A stretch of DNA of 43,253 bases from a virus, in UHGV virus genome UHGV-0234047, one strand, 5' to 3'. The stretch's first letter is position 1. Every line of letters begins with the position of its first letter. The notes beneath the pieces were generated by a model that had not been told where the DNA came from, ran no database searches, and saw nothing but the letters and a program-made list of their open reading frames with translations. Position numbers and translations under genes: made by a program. This document shows, piece by piece, positions 26,110 through 35,091 of the stretch.

Positions 26110-26840
26110 GACGCACCTCCGTCAAATTTGAAATCTACCCTATCAAGGGCAATGCGATAGTTTACAGTATCTTTTTCTATCCCTATGTACTCCCGGCCCA
26201 GCTCCTGGCAGGCCACACCTGTTGTATTGCTCCCCATGCAGCTATCTAAAACCGTATCCCCAGAATTGGTGTATGTGCGGATAAAATACTTACATGCCTC
26301 TAATGGTTTTTGGGTCGGATGCAGCCTCTCACGCTGTGTATCCCATTTAAACCGCAAAACATCGCGAGGATAACGCTCCGTGCTCCCTCCTCCTGATATG
26401 CCAGTTCGTGTCTTACCATAATTGCTGCCATCGCTTACATGCTTGGTATAGCTGTGTACTGGACTATGTCCGGTTGTTATCTGCGGATTATAAGTAGGCA
26501 GATGCTTATAAAATATCAGTACATTTTCATGGCACTTCATCGGCATTTTAGCGGCATTCAGATGTCCAGTACCCTTTGTTTTTTCAATAATCCATTCATA
26601 CCTGTACATTTTCAGATTACTGCAGGCGAGCACCTTATCAAATGGGGACTGTGCCCAAAGAGCTATACACCCATTGTTTTTAATAATCCGGCTGTAATGC
26701 TCCCACAACCGTTTAAGGTCAATCACGCAATCCCAGCCATTGCGGGTTGTCCCATAGGGTAAATCTGTAAAAATCATATCTATGGATTTATCTTGTATAC
26801 CCGGAAGAATGTCCAGGCAATCTCCTAAAAATAATTCCAT
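26106..26840 (-). CDS. DNA methyltransferase (N6-adenine/N4-cytosine, beta-class), orphan
   Basis: Motif IV DLPY in ..IFTDLPYGT.. near the N-terminus and the AdoMet motif ..VLDSCMGSNTTG.. near the C-terminus, so the target recognition domain lies between them. No adjacent restriction endonuclease. Confidence 0.9.
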   Translation of the reverse strand: MELFLGDCLDILPGIQDKSIDMIFTDLPYGTTRNGWDCVIDLKRLWEHYSRIIKNNGCIALWAQSPFDKVLACSNLKMYRYEWIIEKTKGTGHLNAAKMPMKCHENVLIFYKHLPTYNPQITTGHSPVHSYTKHVSDGSNYGKTRTGISGGGSTERYPRDVLRFKWDTQRERLHPTQKPLEACKYFIRTYTNSGDTVLDSCMGSNTTGVACQELGREYIGIEKDTVNYRIALDRVDFKFDGGAS

Positions 26841-27085
26841 GCGTTCAAGGGGCCGCTGCAGCTTTCATCCGGATAGCCCGGCCTCCCTCCTTAATCACTT
26901 AAATAACGATATAGTGGATGTGCGCCAGACCGGAACCCCTGGCCGTATGGTCCTCCATTATCTCTCCATAGGCACATCCGCTGCTGGTCTTACTGGTTGT
27001 GCATACACCAGAGCCATGCCAGCTATCTTTACGCAGTCACGGTCCTGCGAATCAGGTACCGGTATGCGCTGCTGCGTTATAAGCA

Positions 27086-27373
27086 TTATACGGGCATCTG
27101 GTATGGACAAGGACTCCCCAGGTAACACCGGTCCATAAGCTCCTCCGCTTCACCGTTCTCCAGCGCTTTAATAGCCATCTCGTAAGCCTGTATCTGCCTC
27201 TCTGCCTCTGCTATAAAATCTATCTTGTCAGGTATCGTGTTTCCGACAATACCTGTACGCACCATTTGCTCCCATCCCTTATCTGTGGTTTGGTAGCGGT
27301 ATGTATTAATGTGTTCTTGTAATATCGCAATTGCTCTTTGTCTATCTATCATCCATCTACCTCCATGCGCCAC
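27086..27373 (-). CDS. Hypothetical protein (95 aa)
   Basis: ORF; no motif. Confidence 0.4.
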   Translation of the reverse strand: MAHGGRWMIDRQRAIAILQEHINTYRYQTTDKGWEQMVRTGIVGNTIPDKIDFIAEAERQIQAYEMAIKALENGEAEELMDRCYLGSPCPYQMPV

Positions 27374-27651
27374 TCAACATCCCATTTGATTCTCTGCCCA
27401 CAGTGTCCGCAATATGGATAGCCTGAATTAACCCCTTCACCGCAAGATGGACACAATCCGATATTCTCTTTGTCTTTAATAAAACATCTTTCATCCTCTG
27501 GTTTTTTTGCTATCTGTTTCTGTAGAGCTGATATGACAGCCTCAACATTTTTCAATGGTATATGTCTAAATGACTTAACCTCTTGGCATCCCATCAATTT
27601 TGCATTTTTAACTACCATTGATAGGTCTTTCGCGATTCCTTCTTCAATCAT
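27349..27651 (-). CDS. Zinc-finger small protein (100 aa)
   Basis: C-terminal CPSCGEGVNSGYPYCGHCGQ (CxxC..CxxC). Confidence 0.5.
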   Translation of the reverse strand: MIEEGIAKDLSMVVKNAKLMGCQEVKSFRHIPLKNVEAVISALQKQIAKKPEDERCFIKDKENIGLCPSCGEGVNSGYPYCGHCGQRIKWDVEWRMEVDG

Positions 27652-27833
27652 CTCTCTTCCTCCTGATGCATTTCGTCATATTGGTACTGTAAACGGCATT
27701 CTTTACAGGTTCCGTAAGGTTCTCCATCTCCACCCATGGTTCTTAATCCGGCACATAAGCCTTCTTCCATCCCTGGATATTCAAATTTGGTCATATAGCA
27801 ATGAGCAATCGCATCTTCAATCCTTTTTTTCAT
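27648..27833 (-). CDS. Cys-containing small protein (61 aa)
   Basis: ..GTCKECRLQYQ.. Confidence 0.4.
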   Translation of the reverse strand: MKKRIEDAIAHCYMTKFEYPGMEEGLCAGLRTMGGDGEPYGTCKECRLQYQYDEMHQEEER

Positions 27834-28152
27834 CTTCCTTTATCTTTTTGTATTCCCAATCCAAAAGCAGCCGCTCTTTGACCGGAATCCATCTCATACG
27901 TTTCGTTAGTTCTGATACTTCCTGGCATTTTTTGAGATAAAGCTCGTCTACTTTGGGAGCAATATTTTCATAATCCCTTAATTTTCTGGTTATATCTTGT
28001 AAGATACATCCGCAGTCTGCATCATCATAGTGCACCCACCTCTCAGCGATATCAAAAATATTGTAGGCTCCCTCCGGATCTGCTGGAACTCTATATAATA
28101 TCTGCTCCCAATCTTCGACACCAACGTCAGCCTCATGTGTTAATCTTTCCAT
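27817..28152 (-). CDS. Hypothetical acidic protein (111 aa)
   Basis: ORF; no motif. Confidence 0.45.
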   Translation of the reverse strand: MERLTHEADVGVEDWEQILYRVPADPEGAYNIFDIAERWVHYDDADCGCILQDITRKLRDYENIAPKVDELYLKKCQEVSELTKRMRWIPVKERLLLDWEYKKIKEDEKKD

Positions 28153-28162
28153 AAGCTCATCC

Positions 28163-28765
28163 TCACTTTAAACTCCACCATATTTTCTGGTTCTTTCCGT
28201 ATCCAGTTGCATATATTTTTACATCCATCTTAGCCTTGGCTTTCATGAGCTCAGACCGTTTAATCCCATCATCATCCGCCCGCTGCATAAGCTCAACCGC
28301 ACTTACCTGGCCACCTTTCAGGACTTCACGTAGGAACGATTCTGCCCGGTCATATTCTGTCTGGCCAAGTCCGTCCACTACATCCTTAATCCTGGCTGTC
28401 TGCACTGTATTGGCCTGGAGCTTATTGTATATGGCCTGCTGCGAATCTGCCAATTCTGATATTTGAGTCTTGATGGATTGAAGCTCCTTAAAGATGTTTT
28501 CAAGTATCTTCACTTCCCCTCCGGATGTAATCTGGGTCTTTTCGATTCTTTCTGGCTCTATCTCTAGTTTTTCACATATCAGGTCCCGGACCGGCTCCGG
28601 TACCATATTGTTTTTCCGCAGACTGCATATATAATTTCTGGAACGTCCTATGGAGTAACCAAACTTCTCCATGGTCATACCTTTAGCCTGTATCATCAAA
28701 ATAAGCTTGTCTACATCAATCTCCACTCTGTTCAATTCCAATATCTCCCCCTTCGTGCGCTGCAT
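28163..28765 (-). CDS. HTH-containing hypothetical protein (200 aa)
   Basis: ..MTMEKFGYSIGRSRNYICSLRKN.. looks like an XRE-type HTH. The true start is probably an internal Met, because the track start overlaps the upstream gene by 50 nt. Confidence 0.45.
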   Translation of the reverse strand: MQRTKGEILELNRVEIDVDKLILMIQAKGMTMEKFGYSIGRSRNYICSLRKNNMVPEPVRDLICEKLEIEPERIEKTQITSGGEVKILENIFKELQSIKTQISELADSQQAIYNKLQANTVQTARIKDVVDGLGQTEYDRAESFLREVLKGGQVSAVELMQRADDDGIKRSELMKAKAKMDVKIYATGYGKNQKIWWSLK

Positions 28766-29837
28766 ATAGCATCTTATATGCTTCCAGCGCCATCATATGT
28801 TTGGTGTAATAATACGGCTGTTTTTCTATCCAGGCCGGCCCCATCCGGTCCAGCTGCTCCTGTTCAGCTTTTATCATGCTTTGCAACATAGCTTTATCGT
28901 AAGTCTCCAGGGTTCCATAGTCCTTGGCCTCTTTAGGTTCCTCCGGCCTATGTAACGAGCTGTTGCACTCCCACTCACAATTCCCATGCTTGACACACTC
29001 CCAACAACATTTACAGCCGCAATCCTCACCTGTACCAGGGGTAAGTTTATATACCTCCTCCAGGGTACATTTAAATTCTGGCCTGTGAATACACTTCCCG
29101 GACTTCTCTGGTTCTTTCGGTAAACCGCTGCCCTCCTCAGCCCTTTCCGTTTCCTGTGATACTTCTGACTGTGATTCTGGTATCGGTTTTTCTTGTTGCG
29201 ATATCGCAACGGGTTGTTCCCGCTCCGGTTGTGCTGGCTCTGGCAAGAGGTCCTCCGCAGATATCGTATAGGTTTGCTTCTCTGGCTGACTGGATTGCAT
29301 CTCTGCCCTGGCCTGAACCGATGCGGCCACATCTTTCGGATCCACGCCGGGGAAATCCGTCAGTTCAATCTGGCCAGGCATCTCAATATACGGTATCTCT
29401 TTGGGCTTTCTCATTTCCCTGATTTGTACCACAGTCATATCAGGGGTGACCTGTTCAAGCTGCTCCGCATCCAGGCTTAACATTTCCTGGAGCTGAGACT
29501 TGTTAAAATCCTTGTATTTTTCGTCCAGGATTGGGCTATTCCCATCCACGGAAAACTTGTCATTGCGTGACATATACCGGGATGTTGTGGAAGTGCTGAA
29601 TCCGAACCGGTCCTTTGCATATTCATATACATCTTTAAATCCGGCCTCTTGATATAGCTCTTTTGTATAAACGCATTTGAGGTAATAGCCTATTGCAATA
29701 ACACTCCTGGCCGCTGACTTAAGATTAGCACGTATGTAAATTTCTGCATCTTCCAGGCTGACTCCCTCATACCATTTCCGTGCTGATGTTGATTGTGTCG
29801 GTTCTGTCTCCTGCGTGCTGGTTGTTAATTCTTCCAT
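28716..29837 (-). CDS. Phage early protein (373 aa): folded N-terminal domain, E/P/Q-rich low-complexity linker, Cys-rich C-terminal segment (..CGCKCCWECVKHGNCEWEC..)
   Basis: ORF read directly. The 16-bp palindrome copy 2 lies inside this gene at 29195-29210. Confidence 0.55.
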   Translation of the reverse strand: MEELTTSTQETEPTQSTSARKWYEGVSLEDAEIYIRANLKSAARSVIAIGYYLKCVYTKELYQEAGFKDVYEYAKDRFGFSTSTTSRYMSRNDKFSVDGNSPILDEKYKDFNKSQLQEMLSLDAEQLEQVTPDMTVVQIREMRKPKEIPYIEMPGQIELTDFPGVDPKDVAASVQARAEMQSSQPEKQTYTISAEDLLPEPAQPEREQPVAISQQEKPIPESQSEVSQETERAEEGSGLPKEPEKSGKCIHRPEFKCTLEEVYKLTPGTGEDCGCKCCWECVKHGNCEWECNSSLHRPEEPKEAKDYGTLETYDKAMLQSMIKAEQEQLDRMGPAWIEKQPYYYTKHMMALEAYKMLYAAHEGGDIGIEQSGD

Positions 29838-29868
29838 GGCTCCTCCTTCCCTTTGGTTTCATATATTT

Positions 29869-30162
29869 CTAACCAGTTACATGCGGCCCTGGTTTCTTGT
29901 CTATTATCAGAATGTAGTCCCGCATTTCAGTATCCTCCACGATATAATCATCCCCCATCTTATACAGGCGCATGTTATCAAGCTGCTCATTGTTCATCTT
30001 GCACCAGAGGAAGCTTACACGGAGTATTGCCCTCATATACGCCCTCCGGGCAAGGACTTCGTCCCTGTTCATAGGGATTGCGTGGTATCCATCTTTCCCA
30101 GTATTAACCCTGTATCTTGCCAGTATCGCAGCCTCCTGCTCCTGTATCTCCATCCTTATCAC
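29869..30162 (-). CDS. Hypothetical protein (97 aa or shorter)
   Basis: ORF; overlaps the upstream gene, so the start is uncertain. Confidence 0.35.
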   Translation of the reverse strand: MIRMEIQEQEAAILARYRVNTGKDGYHAIPMNRDEVLARRAYMRAILRVSFLWCKMNNEQLDNMRLYKMGDDYIVEDTEMRDYILIIDKKPGPHVTG

Positions 30163-30685
30163 CGCCTAACGTAAGACCATTGGCAGCCTCACCTATGCGC
30201 TGCCCTAACCGTCCACCGCATTCCTTTATTCCTGCAGGTATCACCTCTCCCTGCCGTATCCTCTCCAATTTTGGCTTGTACGAATCCCGGAAAAATGCCC
30301 GTTCCGCCATGATATTCTCACTCTGGCACAGATTCTGCCACCCCATATTCCTCACCACGCTCCTGCATGGCTCCGGAAGGCTATTCAGTGCCTGCGACTC
30401 ACGCATGTACCCATAAGTTCGTATGGCCCTTAGCACCATTCCCCAGGCATCGTCCATGCTCAGTACCTCTGTCTCCCCTGCACACAACCTGCGGATGTCT
30501 GATATGGTTGGGGGATACGGACTGCTTGCCATATGCTGTTGTACTGCCAGGCTGGCCTGCCGGTATGGCAAATCCCGGAGCATCCCATACCAGACATCAA
30601 ACGCATCCGCATCTGGTATGAAGGCAGGTTGTGCATATACCGCCTTTAATCCTTTCACTATCGTTTTAAATTCTTCTCGTTCCAT
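30104..30685 (-). CDS. Replicative-helicase loader/inhibitor-like protein (SPP1 G39P-like N-terminal domain)
   Basis: MEREEFKTIVKGLKAVYAQPAFIPDADAFDVWYGMLRDLPYRQASLAVQQHMASSPYPPTISDIRR follows the G39P-type pattern (..AY..F......VW...L.DY.......A.......FPPSI.DI). The C-terminus is Gly-rich. Confidence 0.55.
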   Translation of the reverse strand: MEREEFKTIVKGLKAVYAQPAFIPDADAFDVWYGMLRDLPYRQASLAVQQHMASSPYPPTISDIRRLCAGETEVLSMDDAWGMVLRAIRTYGYMRESQALNSLPEPCRSVVRNMGWQNLCQSENIMAERAFFRDSYKPKLERIRQGEVIPAGIKECGGRLGQRIGEAANGLTLGGDKDGDTGAGGCDTGKIQG

Positions 30686-30694
30686 CCTCTTCTC

Positions 30695-31561
30695 CTACCA
30701 GTTATCTACATCACTTACCCTGTTTTGTATTCTCTCCTGGGATGTCTGGCTTTTCTGGACATGGGGACTATCCTGGGCCTTTGACAGCCAGTTGTTGATG
30801 AATCGGCGTATCCCCTTGACAGTCTTGCGTCTCGTCGGATTGCTGTCAAGCCATCCCTTCATCTTCCTCAGCTCCTGCATGATGTCCACTGCTGGATACA
30901 GTTCCACCCATTCCGCATAGTCCTTGTCATAAACAGGGTATTCAGTCTTATCATTTAGTGTAAAAGAAATAACCTGTAGCGCATCAGACGGTTTATCCGG
31001 CTGTGTGCATGATATATTTACTTTACTTTTCTTTACTTTACTTTTCTTTACTTTACTTTCCTTTAGGGATTCTTCCTGAGATTTATCCGGGTTTTTCCTG
31101 GAATTACTATCGTTTTTCCTGGAAAAATTTAAAGATGGGTTCACTTTAATAAAGGATTCCGTCTCCGCTTCATCCAAAAGCCAGAAACCCTTTATTTCAA
31201 TGGGGTTCTTTTTGGCCCGTTCCTTTACGGCCAATTGGAACCTTTTCTGTATCCCGGCAGAGGTCAAGATAGTGTCCGACTGAAAAAGTGTGTCATTAAA
31301 CAGTGACCGTTCCAATAAGAATTTCAAGACCTGCTTCACCTTGTCCGGGCTCATGCCTAAATCATCTGACGTGATAAACAACGCATCATCATCAAACTTG
31401 ATATAATAGCCTGCCCGGTAAATCTCACAAAGAAGGTATAAGTATATTGCTATTCCATCCGCCCCATACCGGGCCTTTAATATCTTAACCTTCTTATCCG
31501 CAAAAAAATTAACATCTAAAGGAAAGTAGTCAATACCCGCTTTCTGGGGCCTCGGCATCTG
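30695..31561 (-). CDS. Replication initiator / replisome organizer (DnaD-like)
   Basis: The N-terminal ..GIDYFPLDVNFFADKKVKILKARYGADGIAIYLYLLCEIYRAGYYIKFDDD.. block is typical of the phage replisome-organizer N-terminal domain. The start is probably MPRPQK at 31561. Contains internal iterons. Confidence 0.65.
   Translation of the reverse strand, partial: QMPRPQKAGIDYFPLDVNFFADKKVKILKARYGADGIAIYLYLLCEIYRAGYYIKFDDDALFITSDDLGMSPDKVKQVLKFLLERSLFNDTLFQSDTILTSAGIQKRFQLAVKERAKKNPIEIKGFWLLDEAETESFIKVNPSLNFSRKNDSNSRKNPDKSQEESLKESKVKKSKVKKSKVNISCTQPDKPSDALQVISFTLNDKTEYPVYDKDYAEWVELYPAVDIMQELRKMKGWLDSNPTRRKTVKGIRRFINNWLSKAQDSPHVQKSQTSQERIQNRVSDVDNW
31017..31061. repeat. 3 x 15-bp tandem repeat TTTACTTTACTTTTC (third copy has 1 mismatch), each built of TTTAC/TTTTC pentamers, inside the initiator gene. 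A further 12-bp direct repeat GTTTTTCCTGGA lies at 31091-31102 and 31112-31123, next to an AT-rich tract.
   Basis: Read directly. The repeat encodes KSKVKKSKVKKSKV in the protein. Confidence 0.85.
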
Positions 31562-31569
31562 CCAATCAC

Positions 31570-31911
31570 CTACTTCCTTTCGACCTCCCGGCCGGCTTCC
31601 CATTCCCGGAAAATCTGTATCCAGTCCTCCAGTCGCATGGTTGCCAGCCACTCCGAGCGGTCCCTACGGTGGAACACTACTGGAAGCTCACCTTCCCGCG
31701 CATCCCTTACTGACTGCTCCACGGCATCCAGGATATTGAGCCGTTCCACCCGTTTACATTCAATATGCATCCCTGGAAGCCCCACCACATCCGCGGAGCC
31801 GTCTGCCCCACAGAACTGCTGCCCTCTACGGCAGGCATATCCATACCCTTTTAATATCCCGGCCAGCTCCCGCTCACCGCGTTTGCCTTTTTCCCTCTGT
31901 GATTTTCCCAT
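31570..31911 (-). CDS. Holliday junction resolvase, Hjc-like PD-(D/E)xK nuclease
   Basis: GKRGERELAGILKGYGYACRRG...DVVGLPGMHIECKR matches the Hjc-type pattern (G..ERel...L...G..v.R...S.......D..........IEvK). Confidence 0.6.
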   Translation of the reverse strand: MGKSQREKGKRGERELAGILKGYGYACRRGQQFCGADGSADVVGLPGMHIECKRVERLNILDAVEQSVRDAREGELPVVFHRRDRSEWLATMRLEDWIQIFREWEAGREVERK

Positions 31912-32028
31912 AACCGCTCCTTTGAAGGACGGGGCGGCGGTCAGAAAGCAATGGTTTGCCGCCCCTTAAATACATCCGGCATTTAATACCGTGACATATT
32001 ATATTTGTCCGGAGGATAAAGCACTGAA

Positions 32029-32781
32029 TTATCCGATGATTGTAATTCGGCTGCTGATTGCCTTAGGCATATCCATCAAGGCATCTGTCAAATATCTCTT
32101 GATATTCGAAACTGCCTCGTTCTTCCAGATTCCGCCTTCTGCCTCAATCAGTTTAAAAATCGGTATGTCATTATTCTCACCAATTCTGAAAACAAACTTA
32201 CTGGCTGGCTGACCAACCTCCTGGAAAGTCCTATAAGGAATCAGCTCCACCGGGTTTGGTACGATGGCTGCCGCCTTTGTTGCCACTCCCACAGTCATAG
32301 TAGCAACCTGTGTCCGACCGTCATCCGAAAAGCTCTGGTCATTCTTCTTTTCAATATTCCCAGCCAGTTTCATAACTGCCTCCAGGTCCGTACTGTACTG
32401 GAAGTTTGCCTGCAGGGATATCATGAAATTCTCCTGGTCGTACCATTTGTCAAACCGATACTCGGATGTCTCAGCCTCAGTCTCAAACAGGCACTCCCTC
32501 CTACGCTCCGTATCCAATTCAGATATCAGCTTAACCTTCGTGGGGCTCACGATATGTATAATCATATCGCCATCCGGGAATTCCCGGCTACAGCTGCCGA
32601 TGTAGTCTACAAGTGACGACAGGGTTGTGGCAGTGATGGAATCTGCCATTTCCTGTGCATCATACCGTTTCAGGCTCTTGTTGGCATAAGTCTTGCCACA
32701 TATCTCAATGACCTCAGTTTTTTCGTTCTCCCGTGCCAGCTCCTCCACATGCTCCAATGCTGCTTTTAATCCTTCCATCAT
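32029..32781 (-). CDS. Hypothetical phage protein (250 aa)
   Basis: ORF; no motif. Confidence 0.5.
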   Translation of the reverse strand: MMEGLKAALEHVEELARENEKTEVIEICGKTYANKSLKRYDAQEMADSITATTLSSLVDYIGSCSREFPDGDMIIHIVSPTKVKLISELDTERRRECLFETEAETSEYRFDKWYDQENFMISLQANFQYSTDLEAVMKLAGNIEKKNDQSFSDDGRTQVATMTVGVATKAAAIVPNPVELIPYRTFQEVGQPASKFVFRIGENNDIPIFKLIEAEGGIWKNEAVSNIKRYLTDALMDMPKAISSRITIIG

Positions 32782-32802
32782 CTTTCCTATCTCCTTTTCT
32801 TT

Positions 32803-33234
32803 TTATTGGTTAGCCGCTGCCCTTAAATCAATCGGGCCTTTGCGGGGTTCCTCGTAAATTTCTCCCGTTTCCGGGTCAAATGTCTGCGCCGGCTTCCGTA
32901 CTTCTGTATAGGCCGCAGCTGGCGCCGCTGCAACAGATGTTACCTGGGGACGGTCGCTTCCATACTCGGACATCTCAATCCGGCCCGTATTGAGATCCTG
33001 GCCCACCAGGAATACCGTTTCTGATTTCTGGAATCCGGCCAGCTTGGTCTTGACCTCAAATTCAATGTCTATGGTTCCCCTGCTCCCTGGCTTGAACTTT
33101 AAATTAATCGTCATTCCGCGCGCCGCCGCAGGATCCATGTTTGGGTCCAGGATGTTCCGGCCTATCTGGGCCAGGGCCATTGTAAACTTTTCGGCCAGCT
33201 CTCCCCCGGCAATGTTGTCAAATGTGATTGCCAC
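32803..33234 (-). CDS. Hypothetical protein (143 aa), possibly a ssDNA-binding accessory protein of the recombination module
   Basis: Position next to recT; no motif. Confidence 0.4.
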   Translation of the reverse strand: MAITFDNIAGGELAEKFTMALAQIGRNILDPNMDPAAARGMTINLKFKPGSRGTIDIEFEVKTKLAGFQKSETVFLVGQDLNTGRIEMSEYGSDRPQVTSVAAAPAAAYTEVRKPAQTFDPETGEIYEEPRKGPIDLRAAANQ

Positions 33235-33263
33235 TTAATCACCTCCTTCCTCAGATTGTTTCA

Positions 33264-34160
33264 TTATGAAAAGAAATTGTCTGCAACATCATTGCTCTGC
33301 TCAGGCTGAACAGTCTGCTCCATGGCTTCCTGTCCCTGTGATCCAACCTCCGGTTCCGGACTCACTGCCGGCTGCTCCGCAGCTATATTGTCCATATCTG
33401 TCTCCACATAATCCTTGGTTCCATCATCGTGGATGACAGCCATATCCGCATCTATGGCCTGTACCAGGTCAATGCTCATAATGCCCCATTTACTAATGAG
33501 CTGCCGGAGCATCGTCTTGTATGCCATACCATCAAAATCCTTTGCCCAGAATGTCCACTGTGTCCCTTTTTCCAGGTCTTTCTTGTATCCTGGGCTATAT
33601 TTCTTGGCATGGGCTACCATTTTGCTCCTGCTCCAATACATAGCCTTGCGGAACCCGTTTACATACTCAAACATGGCATAGTATCCAATCGTAGTGGCCT
33701 GTTCACGAAGTACTTCATCCTCAATCAATCTGACCTCTATTTCCTCATTCAGTGGGTCAAATCGAACCAGTTCCCCCTCCTTGATTGCAAGAACATTAAG
33801 TTTTTTATACTGTCCACTCCGGATAGCCAGCTGGATATACCCTTTATAGCCAAGCTGGAACTGTGCTTCCTTGGCTCCCTTGCTTCTGTTGTCATATGGA
33901 ACCATGTAAAACTGTCCTAACTGTGGACTGGGTGAAAGATTAAGGGATTCGCCTAATAGTGCTGCACTCAATATACTGGGGTTTGTGCACTCCTGCAGTG
34001 CGGGGGTGGCCTGAACCGCAGATACAATACTGGAAATAAACCTTGCTCCATTTTTTCCACCGATTATACTGTTAATCTGATTCTTAACTGCATCCTGCGC
34101 AAGGTATGCAGTCAATCCCTGTTTCTGGATCCTGCTTGTTAAACTGTTTCCTACTGCCAT
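33264..34160 (-). CDS. recT: RecT-family single-strand annealing recombinase
   Basis: 298 aa. The conserved RecT core ..FYMVPYDNRSKGAKEAQFQLGYKGYIQLAIRSGQYKK.. paired with a YqaJ exonuclease. Confidence 0.85.
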   Translation of the reverse strand: MAVGNSLTSRIQKQGLTAYLAQDAVKNQINSIIGGKNGARFISSIVSAVQATPALQECTNPSILSAALLGESLNLSPSPQLGQFYMVPYDNRSKGAKEAQFQLGYKGYIQLAIRSGQYKKLNVLAIKEGELVRFDPLNEEIEVRLIEDEVLREQATTIGYYAMFEYVNGFRKAMYWSRSKMVAHAKKYSPGYKKDLEKGTQWTFWAKDFDGMAYKTMLRQLISKWGIMSIDLVQAIDADMAVIHDDGTKDYVETDMDNIAAEQPAVSPEPEVGSQGQEAMEQTVQPEQSNDVADNFFS

Positions 34161-34175
34161 TGTCTTATCCTCCTC

Positions 34176-35084
34176 TTACTGCTTCGGTACCGGCTCAAAC
34201 CGGATACCGTTGGTTTTTAAAAAGTGCTTAAGTGCTGCCGCCTGTCCTGTTGTCACATACACCCGGAAATCAATGATATTCACTGGATTTTCCACGGTCT
34301 CCATCCTGGGCTGCCGGACATCGGACTTGATATCAGGTTTTGTATCTGGTATTGGTTTTTCAGCCTCACGCTTTCCTGCATTGATTACTTCCTGGGCCTC
34401 TGCCTTTATCCTGGCATCGCGCTCCGCTTTCTTTCTGGCCTGTTCCGCTTCATATTCCTTTCGTTTCTGTGCTGCCGCTTCCAGACGGTTCCGTTCTGCC
34501 ATTGCGGCGCCAATATCATAATTCCGAAGGAAAACCTCCTTCATATCCCCGGCGTATGGGCTGTCCACCTCATTCAGTATAGCCAGGCCCTCGTCAACCC
34601 GCTGGATAAGAGCGGTTATTTCCTCTTTGATGGACTTCATGGTGGTGGAAGTCAGGGCATATTCTGGTTTCATTACACGTTCAAAGGGTAGATATTTTTC
34701 GATATCATGGATATTTGCGTCATAAAAGTCCCGGACCTTGGCTGTCTTTTCCTCGCGCTGGCGACGCTCATAATCTTTAATCTGGCCATCTATATTATCA
34801 ATGGCTTTCCGAACAATACCCTCAATGTCCTTTACTTCTCTCCCGAACTGTTCATCTGGCGCCAGGAGCTTCTTCCTGACTTTCGTCCGGGTTCCAGTCA
34901 AGGCTTCTATAAATTTATTAAGCTTGGCCTTATCTGCCTTAGCCTGCTTGATGGTTTCATCCGTGTACACAGACGCAGCATACTCATCCGCAGCAATTGA
35001 AACCTCTGCCTTAAGTTCCTCATAGTTCCATTCGATTTTCTGGACAAACCCATCTTCCTGCGGGTTGTAAATTTTCAGTTCCAT
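34176..35084 (-). CDS. DUF1351-like phage protein of the recombination module
   Basis: 302 aa, coiled-coil-rich (RRQREEK.. / AERNRLEAAAQKRKEYEAEQARKKAERDARIKAE). Lies between the YqaJ and RecT genes, as DUF1351 genes do. Confidence 0.5.
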   Translation of the reverse strand: MELKIYNPQEDGFVQKIEWNYEELKAEVSIAADEYAASVYTDETIKQAKADKAKLNKFIEALTGTRTKVRKKLLAPDEQFGREVKDIEGIVRKAIDNIDGQIKDYERRQREEKTAKVRDFYDANIHDIEKYLPFERVMKPEYALTSTTMKSIKEEITALIQRVDEGLAILNEVDSPYAGDMKEVFLRNYDIGAAMAERNRLEAAAQKRKEYEAEQARKKAERDARIKAEAQEVINAGKREAEKPIPDTKPDIKSDVRQPRMETVENPVNIIDFRVYVTTGQAAALKHFLKTNGIRFEPVPKQ

Positions 35085-35091
35085 CCCTCAC

